A program made the position numbers and the translations under genes. From the NCBI GenBank assembly GCA_002722135.1, contig PBKJ01000008.1, forward strand, positions 30,290 to 94,289: a stretch of 64,000 nucleotides of DNA, given 5' to 3'. Shown here piece after piece: positions 38,947 through 48,408 of the stretch (its first letter is position 1; each line of letters opens with the position of its first letter). The notes beneath the pieces were generated by a model. It had not been told where the DNA came from. It did not search any database and was given only the letters and a program-made list of their open reading frames with translations. Source of the stretch: Methanobacteriota archaeon. GTDB taxonomy: Archaea > Thermoplasmatota > Poseidoniia > Poseidoniales > Poseidoniaceae.

Positions 38947-39456
38947 ATGGCGAGGCTTCATGACCGTCGGACGCGAGGGGCAATTGTGCAACCGTTCTCT
39001 GTTGAACCCGTGACCCTCATCGAGGAAGTCTTCCCTCAGGACACCAACGCCTACGACACGCTGTTTGGCGGACGGTTGCTCTCCTTGATGGACAAAGCCG
39101 GAGGCATCGCTTGTGCCAAGTTCGCACATCGCGAATTCGTGACCATCTCGATCGACACCTTGACCTTCATCGCTCCAGCCCGTCAAGGCGACCTTCTCGA
39201 AGTGACCGGCCAGGTCGTGTTCACGTCCACCCACACCGCCTGCGTGAAGGTCACCGCTCAATCGATGAGCAAGTCGGATTGGGAACGCCGCCCCATCTGC
39301 GAGGGATACTTCTTCTTCGTCGCCATCGACTCCATGATGCGTCCCATCCCGATTCCTCAACTGACGCCGGAAGGCGAAGCCGCTGAGCGTGAGTGGGCGC
39401 ATGCTGAGGAACTCCGAGCGAACATGCTTCGCAACCGTGCAGCGTCCAAGGCTTGA
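38947..39456 (+). CDS. Hot-dog acyl-CoA thioesterase (YciA-like)
   Basis: VFPQDTNAYDTLFGGRLLSLMDKAG, FFFVAID..RPIPIP; start may be GTG 38986. Confidence 0.9.
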   Translation: MARLHDRRTRGAIVQPFSVEPVTLIEEVFPQDTNAYDTLFGGRLLSLMDKAGGIACAKFAHREFVTISIDTLTFIAPARQGDLLEVTGQVVFTSTHTACVKVTAQSMSKSDWERRPICEGYFFFVAIDSMMRPIPIPQLTPEGEAAEREWAHAEELRANMLRNRAASKA

Positions 39457-39480
39457 TGTGGAGCATCCCGAGGCCACCCC

Positions 39481-40503
39481 ATGCCGGTCCTCAACATCGC
39501 GGCGGTGTGTACCGACGACCTTGCGCGGTTGATCGCCAAACCGAGCGACCAGCGTGACGTCCACACCTACGTCCACAAGGAAATGGGCGATTCAGGCGCC
39601 CGAATCCTCTCCATCATTCGTCCGGCCAAATATCCCGAGCGTCTGCGCCCGCTGCTGAACGCCCTTTCCGCCGCACGGGTGGGGCTCATCGAGGTGCAAG
39701 CCGTTGACGCCACACTCGGAGAAGCCCTCGTGGCCTTCGCCAGCGCAGGCCTCACGCGAGGCCTTGCCGTGATTCGTCCAACGGACGGCGGTTGGATTGA
39801 CGAAGACCAAGTCAAGGGGCTTTTCCAACAAGCCGGCCTTGCGGCGTGGTCCTTTGAGCAAGAGGACGGTCCTCACCTCAGGGAACGCCTCTACGCGCTG
39901 ATGGACGATTTGGCGGACGAACTCGCAGAAGCCTCGCAACAGCCCCTGGTCATCCCTGTCGACCAGCACTTCAACGTCCGCGGCATTGGACTCGTCGCCA
40001 TTGGATACGTGCAGGCGGGGACCGTTCAACAGCACGACGAACTCCTGCTCCTTCCCGCTGAGGGTGGAGGCACGGCGAAATCCCTGCAGGTGATGGACGA
40101 TGACGTGCCGACGGCCACGGCCGGCGATCGCGTGGGCCTCGCACTGCGCAACGCCCAGGAGGCGCATTTGACCGGTGGAACGCTCATTGTGCATCCGCCA
40201 ATCGACGATGCACGCACGGGCACACACCGACCTCCCGCCATGGTGGCACATGCTCGCTCGACCGTTCACCTGACGCCATCCCCGTTTCAGCGCCGAACCT
40301 TGCAAACAGGAGACGTGATTCACCTCTCGGTCGATTTGCAATTCATTGTCGGCCGAGTGACCGGCGCCGAAGCGAACGTCCTCACCGTTGAGTGGGACCA
40401 CCCCGCGCTCATTCGAGCCCAATCCCCGCCTCAAGCCATCATCGCACAGCTTGATTCCAAACCCCGCATCATCGGCTCTGGACGGCTCGAATTTGAGGCG
40501 TGA
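39481..40503 (+). CDS. EF-Tu/SelB-like protein with degenerate G domain
   Basis: Domain-II motifs VDQHFNVRGIGLVAIGYV, KSLQVMD, AGDRVGLAL; no P-loop visible. Confidence 0.8.
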   Translation: MPVLNIAAVCTDDLARLIAKPSDQRDVHTYVHKEMGDSGARILSIIRPAKYPERLRPLLNALSAARVGLIEVQAVDATLGEALVAFASAGLTRGLAVIRPTDGGWIDEDQVKGLFQQAGLAAWSFEQEDGPHLRERLYALMDDLADELAEASQQPLVIPVDQHFNVRGIGLVAIGYVQAGTVQQHDELLLLPAEGGGTAKSLQVMDDDVPTATAGDRVGLALRNAQEAHLTGGTLIVHPPIDDARTGTHRPPAMVAHARSTVHLTPSPFQRRTLQTGDVIHLSVDLQFIVGRVTGAEANVLTVEWDHPALIRAQSPPQAIIAQLDSKPRIIGSGRLEFEA

Positions 40504-40592
40504 TTCGGCGAACGAAGCCGCCCCCTGCAACCTCATTGCGGAAGAGGAAGGATGAGGGAGCATTCATATTCCTCTCCACCAAGTGCGCGCGG

Positions 40593-42287
40593 ATGGGAGA
40601 AATCGTGCCGGCGTCTGCCGGCCCGATGCAGTTGGACCGTGAGGTCCTCGACGGGCTGCATCTGGCCGGGATGCGTGGAAGGGTGGCCGTTGAGGTCGAT
40701 CCTTCCGCCCTCCTCATCCGCGCAAAGGAGGGGAAAACCACGACCCTTCCCCTGTCGTCCATCAGTTCCTTCAACCACCACCAAACGCACCTGATGCCCC
40801 CGTACAGCCACCTGTTTGGCCTCATCCTGATCGGCATGGCGGGCTGGACCATCGAAATGGTCGCCGTGCGTAACGTGGTCATGACCGTTGGGTGCATCCT
40901 TGTGGGTGCATGGGCGCTCACGCGTCGCCCAACCCTGACGGTCGACTTGCACAACGGCGAATGTCACGTCATCACCGGTGCAGATGGCAAGTTGATGATG
41001 CTCGCTTACCTGATGGGGCGGCTCATGGCGGGCCAGCCGCTGGCTGAAGCACGCGTGGGGCTGAACGACCTCATGCAACCCCGCTCGACACCTGAAGCAC
41101 TGGTGGTCCCGACGCCAATCACCGGCCTTCTCGAGGGGGAAATTGTACCGCGGGCGGCTCCAGATGAGGCCATCATGGCCGACTTCTTTGACGAGCCGTC
41201 AACGCCGGCGCCAAGCATTGCTTCTCCCGCTCCTGCGGTCAACATCACCATCGAGGACCGGCGGGCGCCCATGCAATCCGACGCTTACCTCGCACCGGTC
41301 CATGTGCCGGTGCCGGTGACCCCTCCACGAGACGGCCTGCACGCGCGAGCTCAACAGATGATGATCGAACAGCGTGAAACGCTCCCGAGTCCTTCACACG
41401 ATGCCCTCAACCCTCGCACGCCCGTTGATCGGGAGGAGGCGCAACAAGCCCGCGAGGAGGCAAGCTCTCCTTTCGCAGTGAGCGGAACAGGCTGGCAAGC
41501 CGTGCATCAGGAGCAGCGTGCTCTGCCTGCGCCACGGGTTGAGCCTCCGCTTCCTGCCTTCGATCCCGGTGCAGAGCCGTACCTGCCCAGCTTCGTCGGC
41601 CCAACGGGCCATTCACGGCCAGCCCTTGCGCCTGAGCCTGCGCCCATGTTCCCCGTCATGGGATTGCAAGAGCCCATGCCAGACACGGCATCCGTCGAGA
41701 CGGCCCCTGAACCTCCTGCTCCGCCGCTACGCGGCATTGTGGGCACCTCGCGCCGTTCTGAAAATGAGCGAGCCGTCGCTCCTGCGGGACAACCGGTCAA
41801 CCTGCAACCGAAGACGGGGACCGTCGCGCCTCGTCACCTCATTCCACGGCCCGCAAGCGGAGTTCGCCCCCGGCGTCGAGCCCTCGGTGGGCTGTTCGAT
41901 GCCGCCCTCCGACCACCTGCGCCCTCGCCGCAGGAGCAGGACTACGCCGCCATGTATGGCGACGAGGACGGACAGGCCGTCGCTGCGGAGGACGTTGCAC
42001 CGATGAGCACCTGGCAGCACACACGTCTACGAACCGACGCCTCATCGCAAGCGATTGTTGACGAACACAACCGCATTCATGCCGGCTCCAGCGGTGGAGA
42101 ACGGGCCGATGATCGACTCCGCAACTTGCTTGACGACATCTCTGTTGCTCCGCTTCCAGCTTCTGAAGAGACCTTGACCGGTGAGCGTCAAGGACAGATT
42201 GCTTCATCGTTCAGCGACATGATCGAGGTCCACACAGAACCTGCGGCAGGACGGCCGTTCATCGACCTGGACCGGCTTGACGGTTGA
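40593..42287 (+). CDS. Hypothetical membrane protein with long Pro-rich disordered region
   Basis: N-terminal beta domain plus 2 TM, then Pro/Ala/Glu-rich; start estimated. Confidence 0.7.
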   Translation: MGEIVPASAGPMQLDREVLDGLHLAGMRGRVAVEVDPSALLIRAKEGKTTTLPLSSISSFNHHQTHLMPPYSHLFGLILIGMAGWTIEMVAVRNVVMTVGCILVGAWALTRRPTLTVDLHNGECHVITGADGKLMMLAYLMGRLMAGQPLAEARVGLNDLMQPRSTPEALVVPTPITGLLEGEIVPRAAPDEAIMADFFDEPSTPAPSIASPAPAVNITIEDRRAPMQSDAYLAPVHVPVPVTPPRDGLHARAQQMMIEQRETLPSPSHDALNPRTPVDREEAQQAREEASSPFAVSGTGWQAVHQEQRALPAPRVEPPLPAFDPGAEPYLPSFVGPTGHSRPALAPEPAPMFPVMGLQEPMPDTASVETAPEPPAPPLRGIVGTSRRSENERAVAPAGQPVNLQPKTGTVAPRHLIPRPASGVRPRRRALGGLFDAALRPPAPSPQEQDYAAMYGDEDGQAVAAEDVAPMSTWQHTRLRTDASSQAIVDEHNRIHAGSSGGERADDRLRNLLDDISVAPLPASEETLTGERQGQIASSFSDMIEVHTEPAAGRPFIDLDRLDG

Positions 42288-43235
42288 TCAACGCGTCAAG
42301 GCACGGAGCGCCGCCAGCCGTTCATCCCGGTCACTTTGCTCCATGGCCACGAGGCCGCTCACGCCAAGGCCTTGCAGGGTGAAACTCGCCACCACGGCCG
42401 CGTGCTCGAGCCCAATCCGCAACTCCTCTCGCCCCACAGGGCCCTCTCCCTTGGAGAGGTGAGCGGCGAGCGTGCCTGCAAAACTGTCCCCGCATCCTGT
42501 GGGGTCCACAAGACCGGGCGAAGGCACGGATGGGACGTGGAGCAATCCACTGGAATGGATGGCAAGCACGCCGTGCTCGCCTCGCTTGACCACCAGAATG
42601 GCGTCCGGCTGCAGTTCACCGTGAAGCCATTGTGCGGCGCGAACCAAGTTGGCATCGTCGGCGAGCATCCGCACCTCACCGTCGTTGAGCACCACGAGGT
42701 CGACACGGCGCAGCACGTCAACCAGGAGGGGGCGCGCAATGTCGATCCAGAGGTTCATCGAATCCAGCATGCGCAGCCGAGTGGGTGTGCACTGATTCAG
42801 AACCTTGCTCTGAAGCGCGGGATGGAGGTTGGCGCAGAACAACACGGTCGGTGCGGTCCATGCTGCGGGAACTTCAGGATCAAATGCTTCGAACACGTTG
42901 AGTTCCGTGTTCAGGGTTGACGCTTCGCCCATCGCGCCGGAATACTCGCCTTCCCAGTGGAAGGTGCGCCCTTCTGCGGTCACGACGCCGTCCAAGTGAA
43001 GGCCCGCGCTGGCGAGCAAAGCACGGTCTTCGTCGCGGAAGTCCTCACCAACCACACCCACGAGACCACAGGAGGCATCGTTTGCTGCGGAGGCCAGTCC
43101 GGCATAGGTGGCCGAGCCACCCAAGAGCCGCTCGCCTTGTGCAGCAGGAGTTTGAATCGAATCGTAGGCGAGGCTACCGACCACCATCACGTCCATGACA
43201 CGCCGCGGGCCTTCCGAATGAAGAACCCTTGTCAT
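42288..43235 (-). CDS. PfkB family carbohydrate/nucleoside kinase
   Basis: VVGSLAYD, LGGSATY, VKRGEHG, DPTGCGDSFAG; ATGA overlap with glpX. Confidence 0.92.
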   Translation of the reverse strand: MTRVLHSEGPRRVMDVMVVGSLAYDSIQTPAAQGERLLGGSATYAGLASAANDASCGLVGVVGEDFRDEDRALLASAGLHLDGVVTAEGRTFHWEGEYSGAMGEASTLNTELNVFEAFDPEVPAAWTAPTVLFCANLHPALQSKVLNQCTPTRLRMLDSMNLWIDIARPLLVDVLRRVDLVVLNDGEVRMLADDANLVRAAQWLHGELQPDAILVVKRGEHGVLAIHSSGLLHVPSVPSPGLVDPTGCGDSFAGTLAAHLSKGEGPVGREELRIGLEHAAVVASFTLQGLGVSGLVAMEQSDRDERLAALRALTR

Positions 43236-44182
43236 CGACGACGCTCGGTCACCATCGTGCGTCGCGTGCCGGAAGCGACGTCGATGATTTCGCTGGTGGT
43301 GACCGTGCGGTGGTCGTCCATGACCACACCGGGAAGGTAACCGTCGCACACTCCAGCAGCGATGAACACCGCATCTTTGGACGCACAGAGGTCCTCTGCT
43401 TCCCATCGACGGTCGAGGTCATCCCCCACCATCGTGGCTGCACGGGCAGCTTCCTCGTCGTTGCGGAGCACGAGACGGCCTTGGAACACGCCACCAAGTC
43501 CGCGAATGGCCGCTGCGGTGATGACGCCCTCCGGCGCCGCACCGATGCCCAACAACAGGTCGAACGGGCCGTCATCTCGGGCGGCCCAGATGGCCGCACT
43601 GACGTCACCGTCGGACATCAATTCGAGCTGTGCGCCCGCATCCTTCACCTCGCGGATGAGGTCGGCGTGCCGGTCGCGGTCAAGGGCGACGACGCGAACG
43701 TCGGAGACCTCCCGGTCAAGGGCATGTGCAGCCTGCTCAAGGTTCCAGGCCACCTCACCGTCGAGATCGACATGACCGGCGAGGGCTGGGCCGGCGGCAA
43801 TCTTGTCCATGTAGCAATCCGGAGCGTGCAGCAGCGCGCCACGGGGTGCAGCAGCGAGGACGGCAATTGAGTTCGGAAGATTGTCGGCGCAGTTGTTGGT
43901 GCACTCCAACGGATCCACGGCGATGTCGAGTTGGAGGGCCCCTTCGCGACCGACCTCGGCGCCAATCGGCTCACCGATGTAGAGCATGGGGGCATCGTCG
44001 CGCTCGCCTTCGCCGATGGCCACGCGGCCGTCGAAGGGGGCGTGGTCAAAGGAGCGACGCATCGCTTCCACGGCGGCGCCGTCGGCTGCATCCTTGTCGC
44101 CAAGGCCACGCCATTCAGCGCTGGCCAGCGCCGCCATATCGACGGCTTCGAGCAGGTGGGGCCAGACGTCGCCGACGCGCAT
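43232..44182 (-). CDS. glpX: Class II fructose-1,6-bisphosphatase
   Basis: ADGAAVEAMR, IGEGERDDAPMLYIGE, DIAVDPLECT, PDCYMDKI, GAAPEGVI. Confidence 0.93.
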   Translation of the reverse strand: MRVGDVWPHLLEAVDMAALASAEWRGLGDKDAADGAAVEAMRRSFDHAPFDGRVAIGEGERDDAPMLYIGEPIGAEVGREGALQLDIAVDPLECTNNCADNLPNSIAVLAAAPRGALLHAPDCYMDKIAAGPALAGHVDLDGEVAWNLEQAAHALDREVSDVRVVALDRDRHADLIREVKDAGAQLELMSDGDVSAAIWAARDDGPFDLLLGIGAAPEGVITAAAIRGLGGVFQGRLVLRNDEEAARAATMVGDDLDRRWEAEDLCASKDAVFIAAGVCDGYLPGVVMDDHRTVTTSEIIDVASGTRRTMVTERRR

Positions 44183-44226
44183 GGTCCGCGAACGAAAGAG
44201 GGGTGATGAACACACCGGAACAGAAC

Positions 44227-44700
44227 TCAGGCCGTGCCCTTGTGCTTCTCGAGGACCCGCACACCGTCGATCTGCGCGACGGGATACTGGCCTGACGCGT
44301 CTTTTTCCAGCGATTTGACCATGTCAAACGCGCAGAGCAAACCCGCGGTGACGCCGGCCAAAGCTTCCATTTCGATTCCAGTCCGGTAATGCGCACCGAC
44401 CTCAACCTCGCAACCAAGGCGCGTGTCTTCCACGTGCCAACGCACCTTGCACGACTCGATGGGCACAGGATGGCAATGAGGAATCATGCGCGGCGTGTCC
44501 TTCACCGCCTGAATGGCGGCGATGGTCGACGCTTCCCTGACGTCGCCCTTGGCGACGCGGCCCTCGACGATGGCCGCGAGGGTCTCGGGCCGCAGCGTCA
44601 CCCAGCCTTCGGCCACCGCTCGACGGTCCACGGCCGGTTTCCGACCGATGTCGACGATGCCCTCAATTTCAACCGAGTCCTGCTTTCCACGTGGCTCCAT
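44227..44700 (-). CDS. moaC: Cyclic pyranopterin monophosphate synthase
   Basis: KGDV, IPHCHP, TGIEMEAL, FDMVKS. Confidence 0.92.
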   Translation of the reverse strand: MEPRGKQDSVEIEGIVDIGRKPAVDRRAVAEGWVTLRPETLAAIVEGRVAKGDVREASTIAAIQAVKDTPRMIPHCHPVPIESCKVRWHVEDTRLGCEVEVGAHYRTGIEMEALAGVTAGLLCAFDMVKSLEKDASGQYPVAQIDGVRVLEKHKGTA

Positions 44701-45100
44701 GATCGGTCACCTCCTTTTTCCACAGGGGGGCCTGCTGCTTGAGTTCATCGATGAGCCAACGGCAGGCCTCGAAAGCGGCACCACGGTGGGCAGAACCCAC
44801 GTGGATGGCGACGATGGGTTCCTCGGGCTCCACGCTGCCGATGCGGTGCGCGATGGCCACGGCTCGAAGGCCGTGGGTTTCGCCGGCTTGCACCGCAAGG
44901 TCGTGAAGCACCTTTGGCAACTGTTCTTGCCACGCGTCGAACTCCAATCGGAGCACCTTTGCGTCACCTTCAGTCCCTCGCGTCAGGCCAACAAAACTGA
45001 CCACAGCCCCAACGCCGTCCACGGGCAGGCGTTGAAGCAGCGCATCAGGCTCGAGACGGGCCGAGGGGGTGTCCACGATCACCTCGAAGGGGGTGGACAT
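44669..45100 (-). CDS. moaE: Molybdopterin synthase catalytic subunit
   Basis: GAVVSFVGLTR, AHRIG, SAHRGAAF, LKQQAPLWKKE. Confidence 0.92.
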   Translation of the reverse strand: MSTPFEVIVDTPSARLEPDALLQRLPVDGVGAVVSFVGLTRGTEGDAKVLRLEFDAWQEQLPKVLHDLAVQAGETHGLRAVAIAHRIGSVEPEEPIVAIHVGSAHRGAAFEACRWLIDELKQQAPLWKKEVTDHGATWKAGLG

Positions 45101-45152
45101 GGACGATGCTCGGGCAGCGCATCCTTCAAACCCTCCGCGCCGATGTCCTGTC

Positions 45153-46415
45153 ATGGAAGGCGAGGGCCCCGTCACCGTGATGGGAGCCGGGCTCTCGGGC
45201 TTGGCCGCCGCCACGCTGCTCGCCCGGGCGGGCCGCGAAGTCCACGTCCACGACATCCGGGCCGATTCCGGTGCGCGATTTGACGGAGACTTTCAGGCGC
45301 TCGAAAATTGGAGCATGGATGCCGATTTCTTCGACCAACTCGAAACGTGGGGCTTTGATTCCACTTCGTTCAAATCCACCTCCTTTTCCGTGGTGGACCT
45401 CATTCATCCAGACGACGAGGTCACCCAAGCAAAAACCGACGGCGTGGCGTACCGCATCGTCGAGCGCGGCATGTCTGACCACACCATCGACCAGGCGTTC
45501 AAGCGGATGGCCATCGAAGCCGGAGCAACGCTGCATTACAAGTCGCGCATTGACGAGAAGGACGCCGACATCGTGGCCTGCGGTCCAAAGGACACATCCG
45601 CGCTTGCCCTCGGCGAGATTTTCCGGACCAGTCACCCAAACCACATCGCGTTCCAATTGAACGACAAACTCGCGCCCGGCGCATACAGCTACCTCATCAT
45701 CATCGACGGCGTTGGCCTCATTTGCACCTGCCTCTGGCGCAAGCAGAAGAAGAGCGAGCGCTTCCTCAACGAATGCATCGCCACCTACCAGCGGCTCTAT
45801 CCAGACATCGACATGGAACCGATCAAGCGCGTCGGTGGGAAGGGCGATTTCACGCTCAACGGCTTCTACACCGTTCCTGAAACGGGCCAGCACTTTGTCG
45901 GGGAGTCGGGCGGCCTTCAGGACTTCATGTGGGGGTTCGGAATGCGAATGGCCGTATGGTCGGGCGTGTTGGCGGCTCAAGAGATGCTTGGTGGTCCATC
46001 GTACGACAAGGAAGTCCGACGGCAACTCCTGCCCTACGTGCAGACCAGTGTGGCGAACCGCTGGCTGATGAACAGGGTGGGCGACCGCATGTTCAAGCGC
46101 ATGTGCGTGCGCTGGATGAAGGACCAAAATCGGTCTGGTGACGGCCTGCGATGGATCGGTCGCCTCTTCCGTCCAAGCCTGCTGAAGCGGCTCGTGTATG
46201 CAACGACCTCCCCGTTCATGCTTGAACGCGGCAGCGGGCCAACGAAACCGAAGCGCCTGCCCTTCCGCGCGGCCAAGCCGCGGGACACATGGGAACAGAG
46301 CGAGGCTGCGCTAGCCGTGAAGGCCCGGTGGGAAGCCGCGCGGCGCAGCGGCGGCCACACCTCCTTTGAAAGTCGAGACGGAGAAGCCCACGAAACCGAA
46401 GCGACGCTCGCCTGA
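45153..46415 (+). CDS. FAD-dependent oxidoreductase (geranylgeranyl-reductase-like)
   Basis: VMGAGLSG, APGAYSYL, VGESGGLQDFMWGFGMRMAVWSG. Confidence 0.8.
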   Translation: MEGEGPVTVMGAGLSGLAAATLLARAGREVHVHDIRADSGARFDGDFQALENWSMDADFFDQLETWGFDSTSFKSTSFSVVDLIHPDDEVTQAKTDGVAYRIVERGMSDHTIDQAFKRMAIEAGATLHYKSRIDEKDADIVACGPKDTSALALGEIFRTSHPNHIAFQLNDKLAPGAYSYLIIIDGVGLICTCLWRKQKKSERFLNECIATYQRLYPDIDMEPIKRVGGKGDFTLNGFYTVPETGQHFVGESGGLQDFMWGFGMRMAVWSGVLAAQEMLGGPSYDKEVRRQLLPYVQTSVANRWLMNRVGDRMFKRMCVRWMKDQNRSGDGLRWIGRLFRPSLLKRLVYATTSPFMLERGSGPTKPKRLPFRAAKPRDTWEQSEAALAVKARWEAARRSGGHTSFESRDGEAHETEATLA

Positions 46416-46458
46416 GCCGCTGCGGTTGCTTCATTAGCGCCCTTCCATTGGGCGGGTC

Positions 46459-47325
46459 ATGTCCGACCTCTACGGCCTGACCTTCGAAGCGATGCCCAAC
46501 AACCTCGTGAACTACGGCACCACCGACAACGGCATCGCCGTCATCGAACTCGCCTCCGACTCCGGCGGCGAACCCCTTCAAGGCGACGAGACCGCGGTGA
46601 ACACCTACACGCACGGCATGTTCCGTGACTTCGACGAGGCCATCATCCGCGCCCGCTTCGACGACAAGGTCACGGCCATCGTCATCACCGGCGCCGGTGA
46701 GAAGTTCTTCTCCGCCGGTGCGTCCATCAAGATGCTCAACAGCGTCTCGCCCGGCTTCAAGTACAACTTCTGCCTTCACGCCAACGAAACCCTCTCTCGC
46801 CTGGAGCAAACGCCGAAGATCGTCATCGCGGCCATCAACGGCCACGCTGTCGGCGGCGGTCTCGAGATCGCCATGGCCGCGGACATCCGCATCGCCCGCA
46901 AGAACAGCGGCAAGGTCGGTTTGCCTGAGATCAACCTCGGTGTGCTCGCCGGAACCGGCGGCACCGCTCGCCTGACCCGCCTCATCGGCAAGGCCAAGGC
47001 CCTCGAGATGATGGTGACCGGCGAACTCATGTCCTTTGAAGACGCCAAGAACCACACCCTGATCAACCAGATTTGGGAAGGGAACGCGACCGAATTCCGC
47101 GAGATGATGCTCGACTGGGTCAGCGCTCAATTCACCCTGCCCAACAAGGCCGCGAAGGCCGTGGGCAACATCAAGCGCTCCTGCCAGACCGGCCCGGAGA
47201 TTCCCTTCGAGTACCACCTTGCGCTCGAGCGTGAACTCCAGGCGGCCCTCTTCTTCAGCGACGACGCCAAGGAAGGCATCGCGGCTTACGTCGAGAAGCG
47301 CATTCCTTCCTTCACCGGTCAGTGA
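46459..47325 (+). CDS. Enoyl-CoA hydratase/isomerase (crotonase)
   Basis: FFSAGASI, IAAINGHAVGGGLEIAMAADIR, GLPEINLG, DAKEGIAAY. Confidence 0.92.
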   Translation: MSDLYGLTFEAMPNNLVNYGTTDNGIAVIELASDSGGEPLQGDETAVNTYTHGMFRDFDEAIIRARFDDKVTAIVITGAGEKFFSAGASIKMLNSVSPGFKYNFCLHANETLSRLEQTPKIVIAAINGHAVGGGLEIAMAADIRIARKNSGKVGLPEINLGVLAGTGGTARLTRLIGKAKALEMMVTGELMSFEDAKNHTLINQIWEGNATEFREMMLDWVSAQFTLPNKAAKAVGNIKRSCQTGPEIPFEYHLALERELQAALFFSDDAKEGIAAYVEKRIPSFTGQ

Positions 47326-47465
47326 AGGAGAAGGACGCAACGATTTGCCGCCGCCGCGGCAGGGCGTCGCTTGTACCGGCTGAGGTACCAACACGGGTCA
47401 CTGCGCTCGATTCGCCCAGAAGCGCCCAACGGAGCGTTGAAGTCCCGTCACGGCGGGCCACCACC

Positions 47466-48389
47466 ATGGACCCCAGCGATGTCATGGTGCCCGCCGACGT
47501 GCCCGACGAACTCATCGACACCTACGTCGAGAATTACCTCAACGCCACCGCGGGCACGGGTTCGATGAACCTCTTCGCGTGCGACCAAAAGATCGAGCAC
47601 CTCAACGACGATTTCTACGGCGAAGGCATCCCGCTCAGCTCCAACGACCCTGCTCACTTGTTCGAAATCGGTGACCTCTCCTTCGCTGAAGGCACGCTCG
47701 GCGTGCTCGCCGGTCAACTCGGCCTCATCGCACAGTACGCTCGAGACGCCCCAGACCTGCCTTACCTGGTCAAACTCAACTCAAAGACGAACCTTGTCAA
47801 GACGGCCCAGCGTGACCCCGTGAGCATGGCGATGTGGGACATGGACGACGTGATGTCCTTGGTCCACAACGGCATCAACGTCGTGGGCATCGGCTACACG
47901 GTCTACCTCGGCAGCGAGCACGAACATGAGATGCTTACTGAAGCGGCCACCTTCATCCGCCAAGCGCACGAACTTGGCATGCTCGCTGTGGTCTGGATGT
48001 ACCCCCGTGGCCAGGCCGTCGCGGACGAGAAGGACCCACAACTGATCGCCGGTGCAGCCGGTGTCGCCGCCTGCATTGGTGCGGACTTTGCGAAGGTGAA
48101 CTACCCGCGCGCCTTCGAGGGCATGACCGCTCCGGAGAGCCTCGGCATCGCCGTCGAAGCGGCCGGTCGCACCGGCATCATCTGCTCCGGTGGAGGCTCC
48201 ATGCCGCCCAAGGAGTTCCTCCAGCGCTTGCATGACCAAATTCACGTGTCCGGATGCCGCGGCGCGGCCACAGGTCGAAACATCCACCAGAAGGGCACCG
48301 AGGAAGCCGTGCGCATGGCGGCGGCCTGCCACGCCATCATCTGCGAAGGCGCGTCGGTCGACGAAGCGCTGGCCCTGTACCAAGGCTGA
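47466..48389 (+). CDS. Class I (DhnA/FbaB-type) fructose-bisphosphate aldolase
   Basis: ACDQKIEH, VKLNSKT, WMYPRG, GADFAKVNYP (Schiff-base Lys), ATGRNIHQ. Confidence 0.88.
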   Translation: MDPSDVMVPADVPDELIDTYVENYLNATAGTGSMNLFACDQKIEHLNDDFYGEGIPLSSNDPAHLFEIGDLSFAEGTLGVLAGQLGLIAQYARDAPDLPYLVKLNSKTNLVKTAQRDPVSMAMWDMDDVMSLVHNGINVVGIGYTVYLGSEHEHEMLTEAATFIRQAHELGMLAVVWMYPRGQAVADEKDPQLIAGAAGVAACIGADFAKVNYPRAFEGMTAPESLGIAVEAAGRTGIICSGGGSMPPKEFLQRLHDQIHVSGCRGAATGRNIHQKGTEEAVRMAAACHAIICEGASVDEALALYQG

Positions 48390-48408
48390 GGCTCGGATCG
48401 GTCCGATT

